Assembly (NCBI GenBank): GCA_002351795.1 | Contig: DEHG01000106.1 | Location: 1 to 33,074 of the forward strand | Length of the DNA: 33,074 bases | Origin: Ruminococcaceae bacterium UBA2806 | GTDB taxonomy: Bacteria > Bacillota > Clostridia > Oscillospirales > Acutalibacteraceae | Direction of reading: 5' to 3' | The notes under the pieces: generated by a model | The model's input: the letters and a program-made list of their open reading frames with translations, nothing else | Database searches by the model: none | Told to the model about the DNA's origin: nothing | Shown: positions 9,261 to 17,860 of the stretch, in pieces | Layout of the letters: every line of letters begins with the position of its first letter | Numbering within the stretch: position 1 is the stretch's first letter | Program-made: the position numbers and the translations under genes

Positions 9261-9845
9261 TTATTCATCAGTATCTTCTGTACCTTCATCATCTTCAGGT
9301 GTTTCCGTAGTTTCCGAAGTTTCTGCTGCTTCTGTAGTTTCTAAAGTTTCTGCCGTTTCTTCTGCTTCATCGGTTTCCTCAGATTCTGATTCATCGTCAA
9401 CAGGTTCTTTTTCAGCTTCTTTTACAGCTTTTTTAGCGCCTGACTTTGGTCTGTCAAGCTCATAGCCGCTGAGGAATGTGTAGGGGATCCCATATCCGAG
9501 AGCTACAGCCGCAATGCTGACAGTTTCAGGAACAGCCTGAAGATCAAGCGGGAAGGGAAGTCCTATAGCGCAAGCCGAAAGAATGATGTATAAAGCGGGA
9601 AGATCTATAAACAAAAGAGCTGCAAATGAAAAACGCTTTACCTGCTTGCCGTCGCCTACTCTTGTCGCATAAAACAGTATCAGACCGAATACGACATATA
9701 CAAGAGATTTAAGCAGAAGTTTTACAGTGGAATCCATTCCGTTAGAATTTTCAATTATTCCCATAAAGAAATAGGAACAAATTACATAAGCAATTACAAG
9801 AAATGCCGAAAAAACAAGTCCCGAGACATCCTTTTTCATTTTCAT
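9261..9845 (-). CDS. Polytopic membrane protein with an acidic T/E/D-rich C-terminal tail; unknown function
   Basis: 194 aa. About 4 hydrophobic helices followed by EKEPVDDESESEETDEAEETAETLETTEAAETSETTETPEDDEGTEDTDE. An RBS-like AAAGGAAAGG lies upstream. Confidence 0.6.
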   Translation of the reverse strand: MKMKKDVSGLVFSAFLVIAYVICSYFFMGIIENSNGMDSTVKLLLKSLVYVVFGLILFYATRVGDGKQVKRFSFAALLFIDLPALYIILSACAIGLPFPLDLQAVPETVSIAAVALGYGIPYTFLSGYELDRPKSGAKKAVKEAEKEPVDDESESEETDEAEETAETLETTEAAETSETTETPEDDEGTEDTDE

Positions 9846-9863
9846 AAAAATATCGCCTTTCCT

Positions 9864-10781
9864 TTATCTTAATTTTGCTGCAAGACACAGCCAGCCTTTT
9901 TCCTCATACTGTTCAAATACGGTCATATTTTCGGGCAGCGCATCCAGAACGTCCTGTAGTCTGCTGTCGATAATTCCGCTCATGATATAAACAGTATTTT
10001 TATCCATATGCTTTTCAATATCAGCCGAAAGCATTATTATTGCATCGGCAACGATATTTGCAGTGATAATATCAAAGGTACCTTCAACCTTATCGGCTAA
10101 ATTTCCCTTTATACCCTTGTATCTGTCCTCAACATGATTAAGCTTTGCATTTTCCATTGAGGATTTTACCGCCATTTCGTCAATGTCGATACCAAGAGCG
10201 CTTTGTGCGCCAAGAAGAAGTCCGGCAACTGAAAGAATACCGCTGCCGCTGCCGACGTCAAGCATTCTTGAACCCGGATGCACAAATTTTTCAAGAGCTT
10301 CAAGACAAAGCCTTGTTGTTTCATGCGTACCCGTACCGAAGGCAAGACCCGGCTCTAAATTCAGAACGACCCTGTCCCCCGCTTCATAATCGTCACGCCA
10401 TATAGGGCGGATAAGTATTTTTTCACCGACAGGGATGGGCTTGAAATACTTTCTCCAGCTTACAAGACAGCTTTCAACATCGCAGCTGCCCGAGCTTATC
10501 TCATAGGATATACCCTCAGCGCCAAGACGTTCACGGATAAATGAAACTGCCTCGGCGGGATTTTCCTCTGGGCTTATATAAATATGAATAATGCCGTGTT
10601 CCCTGTCCTTTTTAAGAAGCTCCTCATCTATCAGGTCGATATTGGCAATTTCCAGTACCTCCTGTTCAAGCTCGGAGTAATCCTCGATATAGATGCCGTA
10701 AGGCACTGTCATCTGGGCAATATTGCCTGCCGTTTCAATATCCTTTGAAGGAACAGTGACTGTTATTTCCGTCCAATCCAT
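9864..10781 (-). CDS. prmA: Ribosomal protein L11 methyltransferase
   Basis: 305 aa. PrmA N-terminal domain plus SAM motif LDVGSGSGILS, and FGTGTHETT upstream of it. Confidence 0.92.
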   Translation of the reverse strand: MDWTEITVTVPSKDIETAGNIAQMTVPYGIYIEDYSELEQEVLEIANIDLIDEELLKKDREHGIIHIYISPEENPAEAVSFIRERLGAEGISYEISSGSCDVESCLVSWRKYFKPIPVGEKILIRPIWRDDYEAGDRVVLNLEPGLAFGTGTHETTRLCLEALEKFVHPGSRMLDVGSGSGILSVAGLLLGAQSALGIDIDEMAVKSSMENAKLNHVEDRYKGIKGNLADKVEGTFDIITANIVADAIIMLSADIEKHMDKNTVYIMSGIIDSRLQDVLDALPENMTVFEQYEEKGWLCLAAKLR

Positions 10782-11011
10782 TTTCTTTTTCCTTTCTCAT
10801 CCGTTTTTATTGCGGGAAGTCCAAGTTTTTTACCGGATTTTGATTTCTTTTTTTCGGAAACGTTTTTTTTCTTGTTTCCGCAATCATTGAAACTCATATT
10901 GAAAGCAAGTCCGTTTTTGATAGGTGAGATCAGAAAACCTGTAATAGTGCCGATTGCTGCCCCAAGGAAAAAACATAAACCTGCTATCAGGGCTATTGTT
11001 GACTTATTCAT
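10763..11011 (-). CDS. Small single-TM protein with a Lys-rich tail; unknown function
   Basis: The ATG at 11011 (MNKSTIALIAGLCFFLGAAIG...) is preceded by GGAGGA; the longer track ORF (to 11059) has no RBS. Its last 19 nt overlap the prmA start. Confidence 0.5.
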   Translation of the reverse strand: MNKSTIALIAGLCFFLGAAIGTITGFLISPIKNGLAFNMSFNDCGNKKKNVSEKKKSKSGKKLGLPAIKTDEKGKRKWIGRK

Positions 11012-11157
11012 TTTATCCTCCTTCATTATAATAACAGTATGTTTATTATTATAATGCAAAACCGCCGCAAAAACAACTATAAATTTGTCTGTTTTATGAT
11101 TTGAAGAACAATTTTATAAAATAATTACCTGAATCCGTGAAAGTCCGAAGAAAAAAA

Positions 11158-11234
11158 GTTTCGCCACCAGCGTGACGCTGGACTCTAAATGCGGGGTTCG
11201 CTACACTCCGTTTCGCCAGCGTGACGCTGGACTC
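11158..11234. repeat. Direct repeat (about 25 nt, two copies), each containing the 15-bp perfect palindrome CCAGCGTGACGCTGG
   Basis: GTTTCGCCaCCAGCGTGACGCTGGACTC at 11158-11185 and GTTTCG-CCAGCGTGACGCTGGACTC at 11210-11234. The palindromes are at 11167-11181 and 11216-11230. Confidence 0.85.
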
Positions 11235-11371
11235 ATAACGCCCGGCGAGCCGCCGGAGCCGTAACGCAGGGTGCATGGGGGTGCGGGTGTCTGGTGTACT
11301 GTTCTTGCAGCGGTTATTATAATCTGTTGTCACATTGCGTCACGGCTGAACTTATTTTTTTTTTGTTTTGC

Positions 11372-11401
11372 TTGACTTTATATGTAAAGCAGTGATATAA
11401 T
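11372..11401 (+). promoter_or_regulatory. Sigma-A promoter with extended -10 for the LRR protein gene
   Basis: TTGACT (11372-11377), an 18-nt spacer ending in TGa, then TATAAT (11396-11401). It lies about 90 nt upstream of the ATG at 11493. Confidence 0.65.
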
Positions 11402-11492
11402 TAGTTTACAATAGATTCAAATGTATTATGGGAAAGCTGCATTTGGATCAAATTTATTACACTTTATAAAAGCATTTTGGGAGGTATTGTCT

Positions 11493-13034
11493 ATGAAAAT
11501 GCAAAAAAAATTGCTCAGAAAATCACTTTGTATAGCACTTGGTGCCGTTACACTTGGAGGCTTTGCTGCTGTTGCTGCTCCTGTATTAACAGATAGCGGA
11601 ATTGTAGCTGAGGCTGCTTTTAGTACTAATCTTAATTATAAAGATTACAAGTATAAGATAGTAAATGATGACTATGCAGTAATAACAGAGTATGCAGGCA
11701 GGGATAAAAACCTTGTTATCCCCGAATCAATCCATGATTTCAAGATCATCGGTATTGCAGGCGGTGCTTTCACAGGCAATCAGGTTATCGAAACAGTTGA
11801 GATACCCGAAGGTGTAATGGAGATCGGAAACGGCGCATTTTATAAGTGCGACAATCTGGCTAGTGTAAGTATTCCTTCTACTGTAGAATCTATCGGCTAT
11901 AAGGCTTTTGCTGAAACTTCTCTGACTTCAGTTGAGATCCCTGAATCCGTAAAGAAAATCGGAGTATCAGCTTTCAACAGCTGTTATCTGCTTAGAGAGG
12001 CAACTATTAATGCAGAAGTTGATGAAATTCCTATGTTTGCATTCAATAACTGTGCATCACTTGAAAAAATAGATCTTCCGTATTCTGTTCAGAAGATCGG
12101 CTTCCAGGCTTTCGGTCATTGTTCAGCTCTTGAGTCCGTAGATATCCCTGAGGATGTTGTTTCGATCGGTGACAGAGCTTTTGTCGGATGTTCTTCACTT
12201 TCTGAGGTAAATCTTAATGATAATCTTCAGAGCATAGGTCTTGAGGCATTCTATAGCTGCTCAAAGCTTATGAGTGTTGAAGTACCGAAGAACGTTCAGA
12301 AGATCGGTCTTATGGCATTCGGCTACTCATATAACGGAGCAGTAAAGAAGTTTATCCCGCATCCTGATTTCAAAATGACTGTTTATTTGGACAGCGCAGG
12401 TCAGGCATATGCAGTAAAGAACGGTTTCCAGTTTGAAACTCTTTATGAGCCGCTCCAGAATGATTCCACCACAGAAAAGTCTGAGTATAATCTTGGTGAA
12501 GAAATTGTTATAAAAGGTGCTGCATCAGGCGGTTCAGGTGAATATACTTACTCATATTACTTTAAGAGATCAGCTAACAAGAACTGGAAGCTTATCGGTG
12601 AGGAAAATACTACTGAAACAACTGCATCCTTTACTCCTAAAGCAGATGCTTTCTATGATGTAAAAGTAGTTGTTACCGATTCAAATGGTGAAAGTTCTGA
12701 ATTGGAAATGTTTATTTGCCCCAATAAGAAGTTTATGGAGAACGATTCTTATCTTGCATCATCCAAGGTTGCTCTCGGCAAAAATGTAAAGATATATGGC
12801 AAAGCAAGGTGTTCCTATATAGCAGATGAAGGCGAGGAAATGCCCGAAGCAATGACATATACCTATTATTTCAGAAGATCAGGCAATACAGCATGGAAGA
12901 TGATAGGTACGGAAGATACAAATAGTGATTCCGCAAGCTTCAAGCCCTCAGCAGCCGGAACTTATGAAGTAAAGGTTGTTACAAAGTTCGGTACTCTTTC
13001 CGATGAAAAGATCCTTACTGCAACAGTTGAATAA
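11493..13034 (+). CDS. Secreted/cell-surface BspA-type leucine-rich-repeat (LRR_5) protein with two C-terminal Ig-like (Y_Y_Y-like) modules
   Basis: ATG at 11493 after a GGGAGG RBS, then a signal peptide. About 9 repeats of the pattern IP.sV..IG..AF..C..L..v. Two C-terminal modules carry YTYSYYFKR...W / YTYYFRR...W. Confidence 0.8.
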   Translation: MKMQKKLLRKSLCIALGAVTLGGFAAVAAPVLTDSGIVAEAAFSTNLNYKDYKYKIVNDDYAVITEYAGRDKNLVIPESIHDFKIIGIAGGAFTGNQVIETVEIPEGVMEIGNGAFYKCDNLASVSIPSTVESIGYKAFAETSLTSVEIPESVKKIGVSAFNSCYLLREATINAEVDEIPMFAFNNCASLEKIDLPYSVQKIGFQAFGHCSALESVDIPEDVVSIGDRAFVGCSSLSEVNLNDNLQSIGLEAFYSCSKLMSVEVPKNVQKIGLMAFGYSYNGAVKKFIPHPDFKMTVYLDSAGQAYAVKNGFQFETLYEPLQNDSTTEKSEYNLGEEIVIKGAASGGSGEYTYSYYFKRSANKNWKLIGEENTTETTASFTPKADAFYDVKVVVTDSNGESSELEMFICPNKKFMENDSYLASSKVALGKNVKIYGKARCSYIADEGEEMPEAMTYTYYFRRSGNTAWKMIGTEDTNSDSASFKPSAAGTYEVKVVTKFGTLSDEKILTATVE

Positions 13035-13069
13035 TATATTATAAAAAACATAATAAACTAAAAAACTGA

Positions 13070-13098
13070 CCCTCCGTTTGTTTATTGCAGACGGAGGG
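13070..13098. terminator. Bidirectional rho-independent terminator between convergent genes
   Basis: Stem CCCTCCGT / ACGGAGGG with a 13-nt loop. It is flanked by an A-run (upstream) and TATTTTCT (downstream), and sits between the ends of 11493-13034 (+) and 13112-13456 (-). Confidence 0.8.
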
Positions 13099-13111
13099 TA
13101 TTTTCTATGTG

Positions 13112-13456
13112 TTATTCATTGCTGTTTTGTGTGCTTTCGCTGAAGTCGATACTGTCTTTTATATCGCTGACAGCCTTGCTTAATTCACCGTTGTTTATAC
13201 CGCTTTGTAAGCTTCCGGCAGCGCTGTTAAGCTCATTTCCGGCATTATCAAGACCGTTATGTATATCGCTTACCATATCGCTTAATTCAGATGCTGCGCT
13301 GTTGAATTCACTTTGCAGATCCTGAGCCTCGCTCATAAGTCCTGTAAGATTCTTTGCAGCTTCATCCTGTGCTTCCTTATACTCATTGCAGGAGCAGAAA
13401 GTAAGGGCAGTTATGGCAGCCAGACCGATCAATATATATTTAATTGATTTTTTCAT
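13112..13456 (-). CDS. Small putative lipoprotein, Ser/Asn/Ala-rich helical; unknown function
   Basis: 114 aa. Signal peptide MKKSIKYILIGLAAITALTFCSC with an FC[SA]C-type lipobox also seen in two other proteins here. GGAGGTG RBS. Confidence 0.6.
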   Translation of the reverse strand: MKKSIKYILIGLAAITALTFCSCNEYKEAQDEAAKNLTGLMSEAQDLQSEFNSAASELSDMVSDIHNGLDNAGNELNSAAGSLQSGINNGELSKAVSDIKDSIDFSESTQNSNE

Positions 13457-13489
13457 TTTGTCACCTCCCTGTTACAAAGCCGTTCCGGA

Positions 13490-13520
13490 AAGCGCAGCAC
13501 AGTAAAGATACCTGCTGCGC
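13490..13520 (-). terminator. Possible terminator hairpin after the M23 peptidase gene
   Basis: 9-bp stem AGCGCAGCA / TGCTGCGCT with a 13-nt loop, but only a short U-tract (TT) follows on the minus strand. Confidence 0.4.
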
Positions 13521-13544
13521 TCAGAATGACAATGTTATGATTAT

Positions 13545-14258
13545 TTAAAATAATGATGCGGGATCAATATGCTCGCCTCCGGCAAATGCCTCAAGATGGA
13601 GATGAGGCTCATCATTCTGCTCAGAAGGAATTGTTCCGATATAGCCTATCGTTTCCCCTGCCATGACATGAACTCCCTCTTCGACAACGGAGACATTTGT
13701 CATACCGCAGTAACTCAGCTCATGATCGCTGCTTTTGATGCAGATAATATTGCCAAGCAGCGGATCCTGTTTTATTTCGCTTACTATTCCGCTTTCAACG
13801 GCATGTACGGATGCGCCTTCCGCACCGCTGATATCAATGCCGTTATGAGTGCGCCAGTCCTTCATTGTTTCGGAATATACAGGCTTTTCGGGGCTGTAGG
13901 TCTTTATGATATCTCCCTTTGATATGGGCTTATAGGTTCTGCCTGATTCCTGTGAGGGTTTTTCGGACGGCTTTTCGTCTGATGACTGAGCCTTGCTTTC
14001 TTCTTTTTCCAAAGCAGAGCTTTCATCGGCTTTTTCGGGATAATCCTCTCCGCTTACCTCTTTTGCAGCTTCAAGAACAGAGCTTTCGGCTTTTGACGGC
14101 TGTTCGGCTTCGTCCGAAGCGGAATATTCCTCAACGCTGCCGTAGGTATTCCACGCTGCTCCGGCAACAGCAGATATACAAAGAGCAAGAGAAATATAAA
14201 AAGCAATGTTTTTACCGGGCGATCTTCTGATATATTTTTCTTTTTTAAGATTGAACAT
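13545..14258 (-). CDS. M23/LytM-family peptidoglycan metalloendopeptidase, membrane-anchored
   Basis: HNGIDISG and HLHLE zinc motifs in the C-terminal domain. N-terminal TM helix and an acidic S/E-rich linker. The ATG at 14258 is 8 nt after GGAGG; the track GTG at 14267 overlaps that RBS. Confidence 0.85.
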   Translation of the reverse strand: MFNLKKEKYIRRSPGKNIAFYISLALCISAVAGAAWNTYGSVEEYSASDEAEQPSKAESSVLEAAKEVSGEDYPEKADESSALEKEESKAQSSDEKPSEKPSQESGRTYKPISKGDIIKTYSPEKPVYSETMKDWRTHNGIDISGAEGASVHAVESGIVSEIKQDPLLGNIICIKSSDHELSYCGMTNVSVVEEGVHVMAGETIGYIGTIPSEQNDEPHLHLEAFAGGEHIDPASLF

Positions 14259-14300
14259 TTCCGGCACCTCCGCTATTATTGTTTACGGAGAGCCTTTGTT

Positions 14301-14936
14301 TTATGCATTTTTTTCAGACTGTCTTTTCTGCGCTTCAAGCTTTGAAAATATGCAGCCGCAGAAATTCTGTCGGTAAAGTCCGTATTGATATGAAAGCTCC
14401 GTTGAACGCTTATATCCGCCCTTTTTTTTAAAATCAGAAAAAAGATATGAAACTCCGTTTTTTTCACTTATCTCTTTACCGATATTATTGAGAACGGCGC
14501 TGTCCTTCTGAGGTGATATTGTCAGAGTGGTTGTAAAAAAGTCAAGTCCATATTCCTTTGCTGCAAGCGCAGATTCGTTAAGACGCATACGGTAACATTC
14601 AAGACAGCGTTTGCCTCTTTCCGGTTCGTTTTCAAGTCCCTTTGACATCTCATAAAATTTTTCGGGTTCATATTTTCCCTCAATGAATTTTACATCAGGA
14701 CACATTTCACCGATAAGTCTTTTTTGTTCAGAAACTCTGTGTCTGTATTCGGATTCGGGAGAAATATTAGGGTTATAATAAAACAGTGTGATATCCATAT
14801 GCTTTGTAAGATATTCAAGTACATAGCTGCTGCAAGGCGCACAGCAGCTGTGCAAAAGCAGTGTAGGTCTTTTGCCTGCTTTTGCAAATTCCTCAAGTGT
14901 CTTATCAAGAACAATCTGATAATTTACTTTTTGCAT
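14301..14936 (-). CDS. queH: Epoxyqueuosine reductase QueH (DUF208)
   Basis: 211 aa. LLLHSCCAPCSSY and FYYNPNI motifs plus C-terminal CGC, characteristic of the QueH family. Confidence 0.85.
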   Translation of the reverse strand: MQKVNYQIVLDKTLEEFAKAGKRPTLLLHSCCAPCSSYVLEYLTKHMDITLFYYNPNISPESEYRHRVSEQKRLIGEMCPDVKFIEGKYEPEKFYEMSKGLENEPERGKRCLECYRMRLNESALAAKEYGLDFFTTTLTISPQKDSAVLNNIGKEISEKNGVSYLFSDFKKKGGYKRSTELSYQYGLYRQNFCGCIFSKLEAQKRQSEKNA

Positions 14937-14946
14937 AAATACTCCT

Positions 14947-15600
14947 TTAACAAGCTATTTCTACAATGTCCTGCGGTTTATTTGCGATAAATGCCGCACC
15001 TGATTCTTTAAGCTCGCTGACAGGACGGAAACCCCAGCTTACGCCTATGCTTGTGATACCTGCATTTGCTGCTGTCTGCATATCAATATTGCTGTCGCCA
15101 ATGTATAGACAGTCCTCTGCCTTTACATCAAGTTCTTTAAGAATAGCAAATACTGAGGTCGGGTCGGGCTTTCTGGGAAATTCATCACGCTTTCCCATAA
15201 CTTCCGCAAATTTTTTCCCCGGAAAAAGATCATTTACTATCTGTTTTGTAAAAATGTCGGGCTTGTTTGACAGTACACAAAAACGGATATTTCTTTTTTC
15301 AAGCTCATCAAGCATCTCTGGTATTCCGTCATAGGGTAATGTAAGATCTGTATTATGTTCATTATAGTATTCGCTGAAGTCGGCAAGGATCCTATTTTTG
15401 ATATCGCTGTCAGTACCCTCGGGAACGACCATAGCTCTGTCGGCAAGAACTGAAATACCGTTTCCTACCATATAACGATATTTTTCCCTGTCGTGGGTTT
15501 CAAAGCCGTTCTTTTTAAGCGCATAATTCATGGCATCCGCTAAATCGTAAAGCGAATTGATCAATGTGCCGTCAAGATCAAAAATGCAGAGTTTTGTCAT
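14947..15600 (-). CDS. HAD-IA family hydrolase (phosphoglycolate phosphatase-like)
   Basis: 217 aa. Motif I FDLDGTL, motif II VLSNK, motif IV GDSNIDM. Confidence 0.85.
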   Translation of the reverse strand: MTKLCIFDLDGTLINSLYDLADAMNYALKKNGFETHDREKYRYMVGNGISVLADRAMVVPEGTDSDIKNRILADFSEYYNEHNTDLTLPYDGIPEMLDELEKRNIRFCVLSNKPDIFTKQIVNDLFPGKKFAEVMGKRDEFPRKPDPTSVFAILKELDVKAEDCLYIGDSNIDMQTAANAGITSIGVSWGFRPVSELKESGAAFIANKPQDIVEIAC

Positions 15601-17465
15601 TCCTCAGTTTCTCCTTTTTCCTCAGGTTTTTTTCTTCTTATAATGGCTGATGTCCTTTTCTTTCCTTCATTCAGTACGGGTCTGGATTCGGAGGCGGGAA
15701 GCTCAGGTGTATTTTTGACTCTGCTTCTCATATAAAGCATGATCCCGACAGCCGTCAATACAAGTATCATCCCTATGATACAGAAAATTATTATATCTGC
15801 AATATTTGGCGCAGATACCACGAAACTGAGCTTTGCCTCTGTATTTGATATAGTAAAGCTGTATCTGCCGTCCTTATCAGGCTCACATTCGACCTTATCC
15901 TCACTGTCAATATATTGAAGCGTCAGGCTTTCCGCAAGCTCTCCGTCCGCAGGCTGAACTATGTAATTAACGGGTGTATCAATATTTTCTCCGACAAGCA
16001 GTGATGAAAGATCTACCGTATCGTCGATGATTTTCTTTGTCCGGAGAGTCATAAACGGTATTTCACTTTTTGAGGTGATAATGTTTGCGTCTCCGAAAAT
16101 ATCCGTCAGTTTTACATTTATTTCACTGTCAGAACCGCTGAAGTTTACTGTGCAGACGGAATTTCCGCCGTCAACGGTTTTTTGTGCGATTATTCCGAGC
16201 CGTTCAAAATATGACGCTGTATAATCTGTTGCCTCATAACCGTTCTTGGAAATGTCATAGATAAAGGCAATGGATTTACTGATATTATTATTGTCAAGAG
16301 GGGTTACACTTATATCAATTGATTCCGGAACATACTGTTTACCGTCATTTATCATCAGTGTAATAGACGGCGACTGGTTGTACAAAGCGACTATCTTTCC
16401 GGGATTATTTGTTTCAAGCAGGTTTGCTGCGCTTTCCCATTTCATATCAGAATAGATCCTGCATTCGTCAAGCTTTGAATTGTTTGAAAGAGAGTATGTA
16501 TATTCAACAGGAACATCACTATTGTCCGGACCGACGTATCCCGAAAAATCAAGAGATTCACAATAGCTGTTCTGGTATGCGAGCGCAGTACTTCCTACAG
16601 TCTTGTCGATATAGGTTATATCGCCGTAAACGGTTGACAAAAGTCTGTTGGTATAGCCTTCAAGCTGTTTAAGGGTGATATTTTTAAATTTAACTGTATA
16701 AAAATAATGCTCCTTTTCGAGATTCCATTCAGTATATGCGCTTTCTTCAGTAACGGAAGAAAAATACTGTTTTACCTTATCGCCGAGAGAGTCAAAGGTT
16801 TTCTGAGTTATATCAAAGGTTATTGTTCTGTCATATAAGGACTCGGTAGCTGTCGTTTTATTAAGAGTTGTTATGCTGATCTTTTCAATAGGCGAACCGC
16901 TGCGCTTATTGATCGAAATTACGGGATCTGATGTAATACTTTCTCCGTTGAATGCAACCTTTGTATCAAGCTCCTGTATCTTATGTTCGGGAATTTCAAC
17001 TCCGTCATTTTTTGCGGAATTATTTATCCATTTCATAAGCTGACTGCTCTGAAAATCCTCATCTATGCGCCAGCCTTTTGCTAAAACTGTATTTGAATTT
17101 GAAAATATTACCGAAGGTTCATTTCCTAAAAGTTCTGTAAGCTTTGATCTGTAATCGGAAATGGAAGAAAAGGAAAGAGTAAATGTATATATAAGCTTAT
17201 CATCAGCTTTCTGACTTGTGTATGTCATTGATGAAGGACAGTTTTTTCTTATGACTGCTTCAAAGCTTTCCGCAAGCTCTGATTTCGGATCAATAACAGA
17301 CGACGGATATGTAAGCTTTATTGTTCTGCTGCCGGAAAAATCAGGAGTTATGCTGAGATTTGTCATATAGTCAACAAATTCCGGTTCTTTCTTTGAGCAT
17401 GAACACAATATTATCATGACAAGCAGTGCTAAGATAACAGGTACTGCTTTTTTATATATTTTCAA
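15597..17465 (-). CDS. Large lipoprotein with an additional C-terminal TM anchor and basic tail; unknown function
   Basis: 622 aa. TTG start 6 nt after GGAGGG. Signal/lipobox VMIILCSCSKK. C-terminal helix IIIFCIIGMILVLTAVGIMLYM followed by a K/R/E-rich tail. ATGA overlap with the HAD gene. Confidence 0.7.
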   Translation of the reverse strand: MKIYKKAVPVILALLVMIILCSCSKKEPEFVDYMTNLSITPDFSGSRTIKLTYPSSVIDPKSELAESFEAVIRKNCPSSMTYTSQKADDKLIYTFTLSFSSISDYRSKLTELLGNEPSVIFSNSNTVLAKGWRIDEDFQSSQLMKWINNSAKNDGVEIPEHKIQELDTKVAFNGESITSDPVISINKRSGSPIEKISITTLNKTTATESLYDRTITFDITQKTFDSLGDKVKQYFSSVTEESAYTEWNLEKEHYFYTVKFKNITLKQLEGYTNRLLSTVYGDITYIDKTVGSTALAYQNSYCESLDFSGYVGPDNSDVPVEYTYSLSNNSKLDECRIYSDMKWESAANLLETNNPGKIVALYNQSPSITLMINDGKQYVPESIDISVTPLDNNNISKSIAFIYDISKNGYEATDYTASYFERLGIIAQKTVDGGNSVCTVNFSGSDSEINVKLTDIFGDANIITSKSEIPFMTLRTKKIIDDTVDLSSLLVGENIDTPVNYIVQPADGELAESLTLQYIDSEDKVECEPDKDGRYSFTISNTEAKLSFVVSAPNIADIIIFCIIGMILVLTAVGIMLYMRSRVKNTPELPASESRPVLNEGKKRTSAIIRRKKPEEKGETEE

Positions 17466-17513
17466 TCTGAACCCTCCGATCTGTTTCAGAAATAATATTT
17501 ATTATCAAATACT

Positions 17514-17542
17514 ATTTTACTATTTTTTTTCCCTCTTGTAAA
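17514..17542 (-). promoter_or_regulatory. Candidate sigma-A promoter for the 622-aa lipoprotein operon
   Basis: Minus strand TTTACA (17542..17537), a 17-nt spacer, then TAAAAT (17519..17514). Confidence 0.5.
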
Positions 17543-17738
17543 CTCAAAACTTAAAAATTATATGTATAAACCTGAAGAGACCCGTCAGCTTAATGGTCAT
17601 AATACAGTATGGCTTGTTTTGAAAGATATGACGAAAAACAGAAGGCATATATGCTTGAGGCGCTGCAATAATAGTTATCGTTTATCAGATATCAAATGCT
17701 TAATTTTTAATAAACTATAAGAAATTTTTCAATTATAG

Positions 17739-17767
17739 TAGCAGTACAGCGCAGATTGTGCTATAAT
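17739..17767 (+). promoter_or_regulatory. Candidate extended -10 promoter for the 17861-28827 operon
   Basis: TGcTATAAT at 17759-17767. The -35 is weak (GTAGCA, 17-nt spacer). It would give a leader of about 90 nt. Confidence 0.45.
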
Positions 17768-17860
17768 ATATAGATAAAGATGCTTGAATGTCGTATTTAT
17801 TTTGTATTTTATGACGTAAATAAGTCTGAGTTTTCCGCATTGTAAAGGAAGGTGAGGCTC

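Noticed and set aside
9264-9420. Periodic GTTTC[CT]G[TA]AG-like DNA repeats at the 3' end of the 9261-9845 gene
   Set aside because: They are explained by the low-complexity T/E/A-rich acidic tail of the encoded membrane protein (ETAETLETTEAAETSETTET). They are not an independent repeat element.
11094-11333. 79-aa minus-strand ORF spanning the G+C-rich island
   Set aside because: It has no Shine-Dalgarno. The Arg/Ala/Pro-rich translation looks like a by-product of high local G+C, and the region is better explained as a structured or repeat element (see finding).
17609-17671. 20-aa mini-ORF (MACFERYDEKQKAYMLEALQ) in the divergent intergenic region upstream of the operon
   Set aside because: It has no Shine-Dalgarno and lies upstream of the candidate promoter, so nothing supports it as a leader peptide. 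It is most likely chance.
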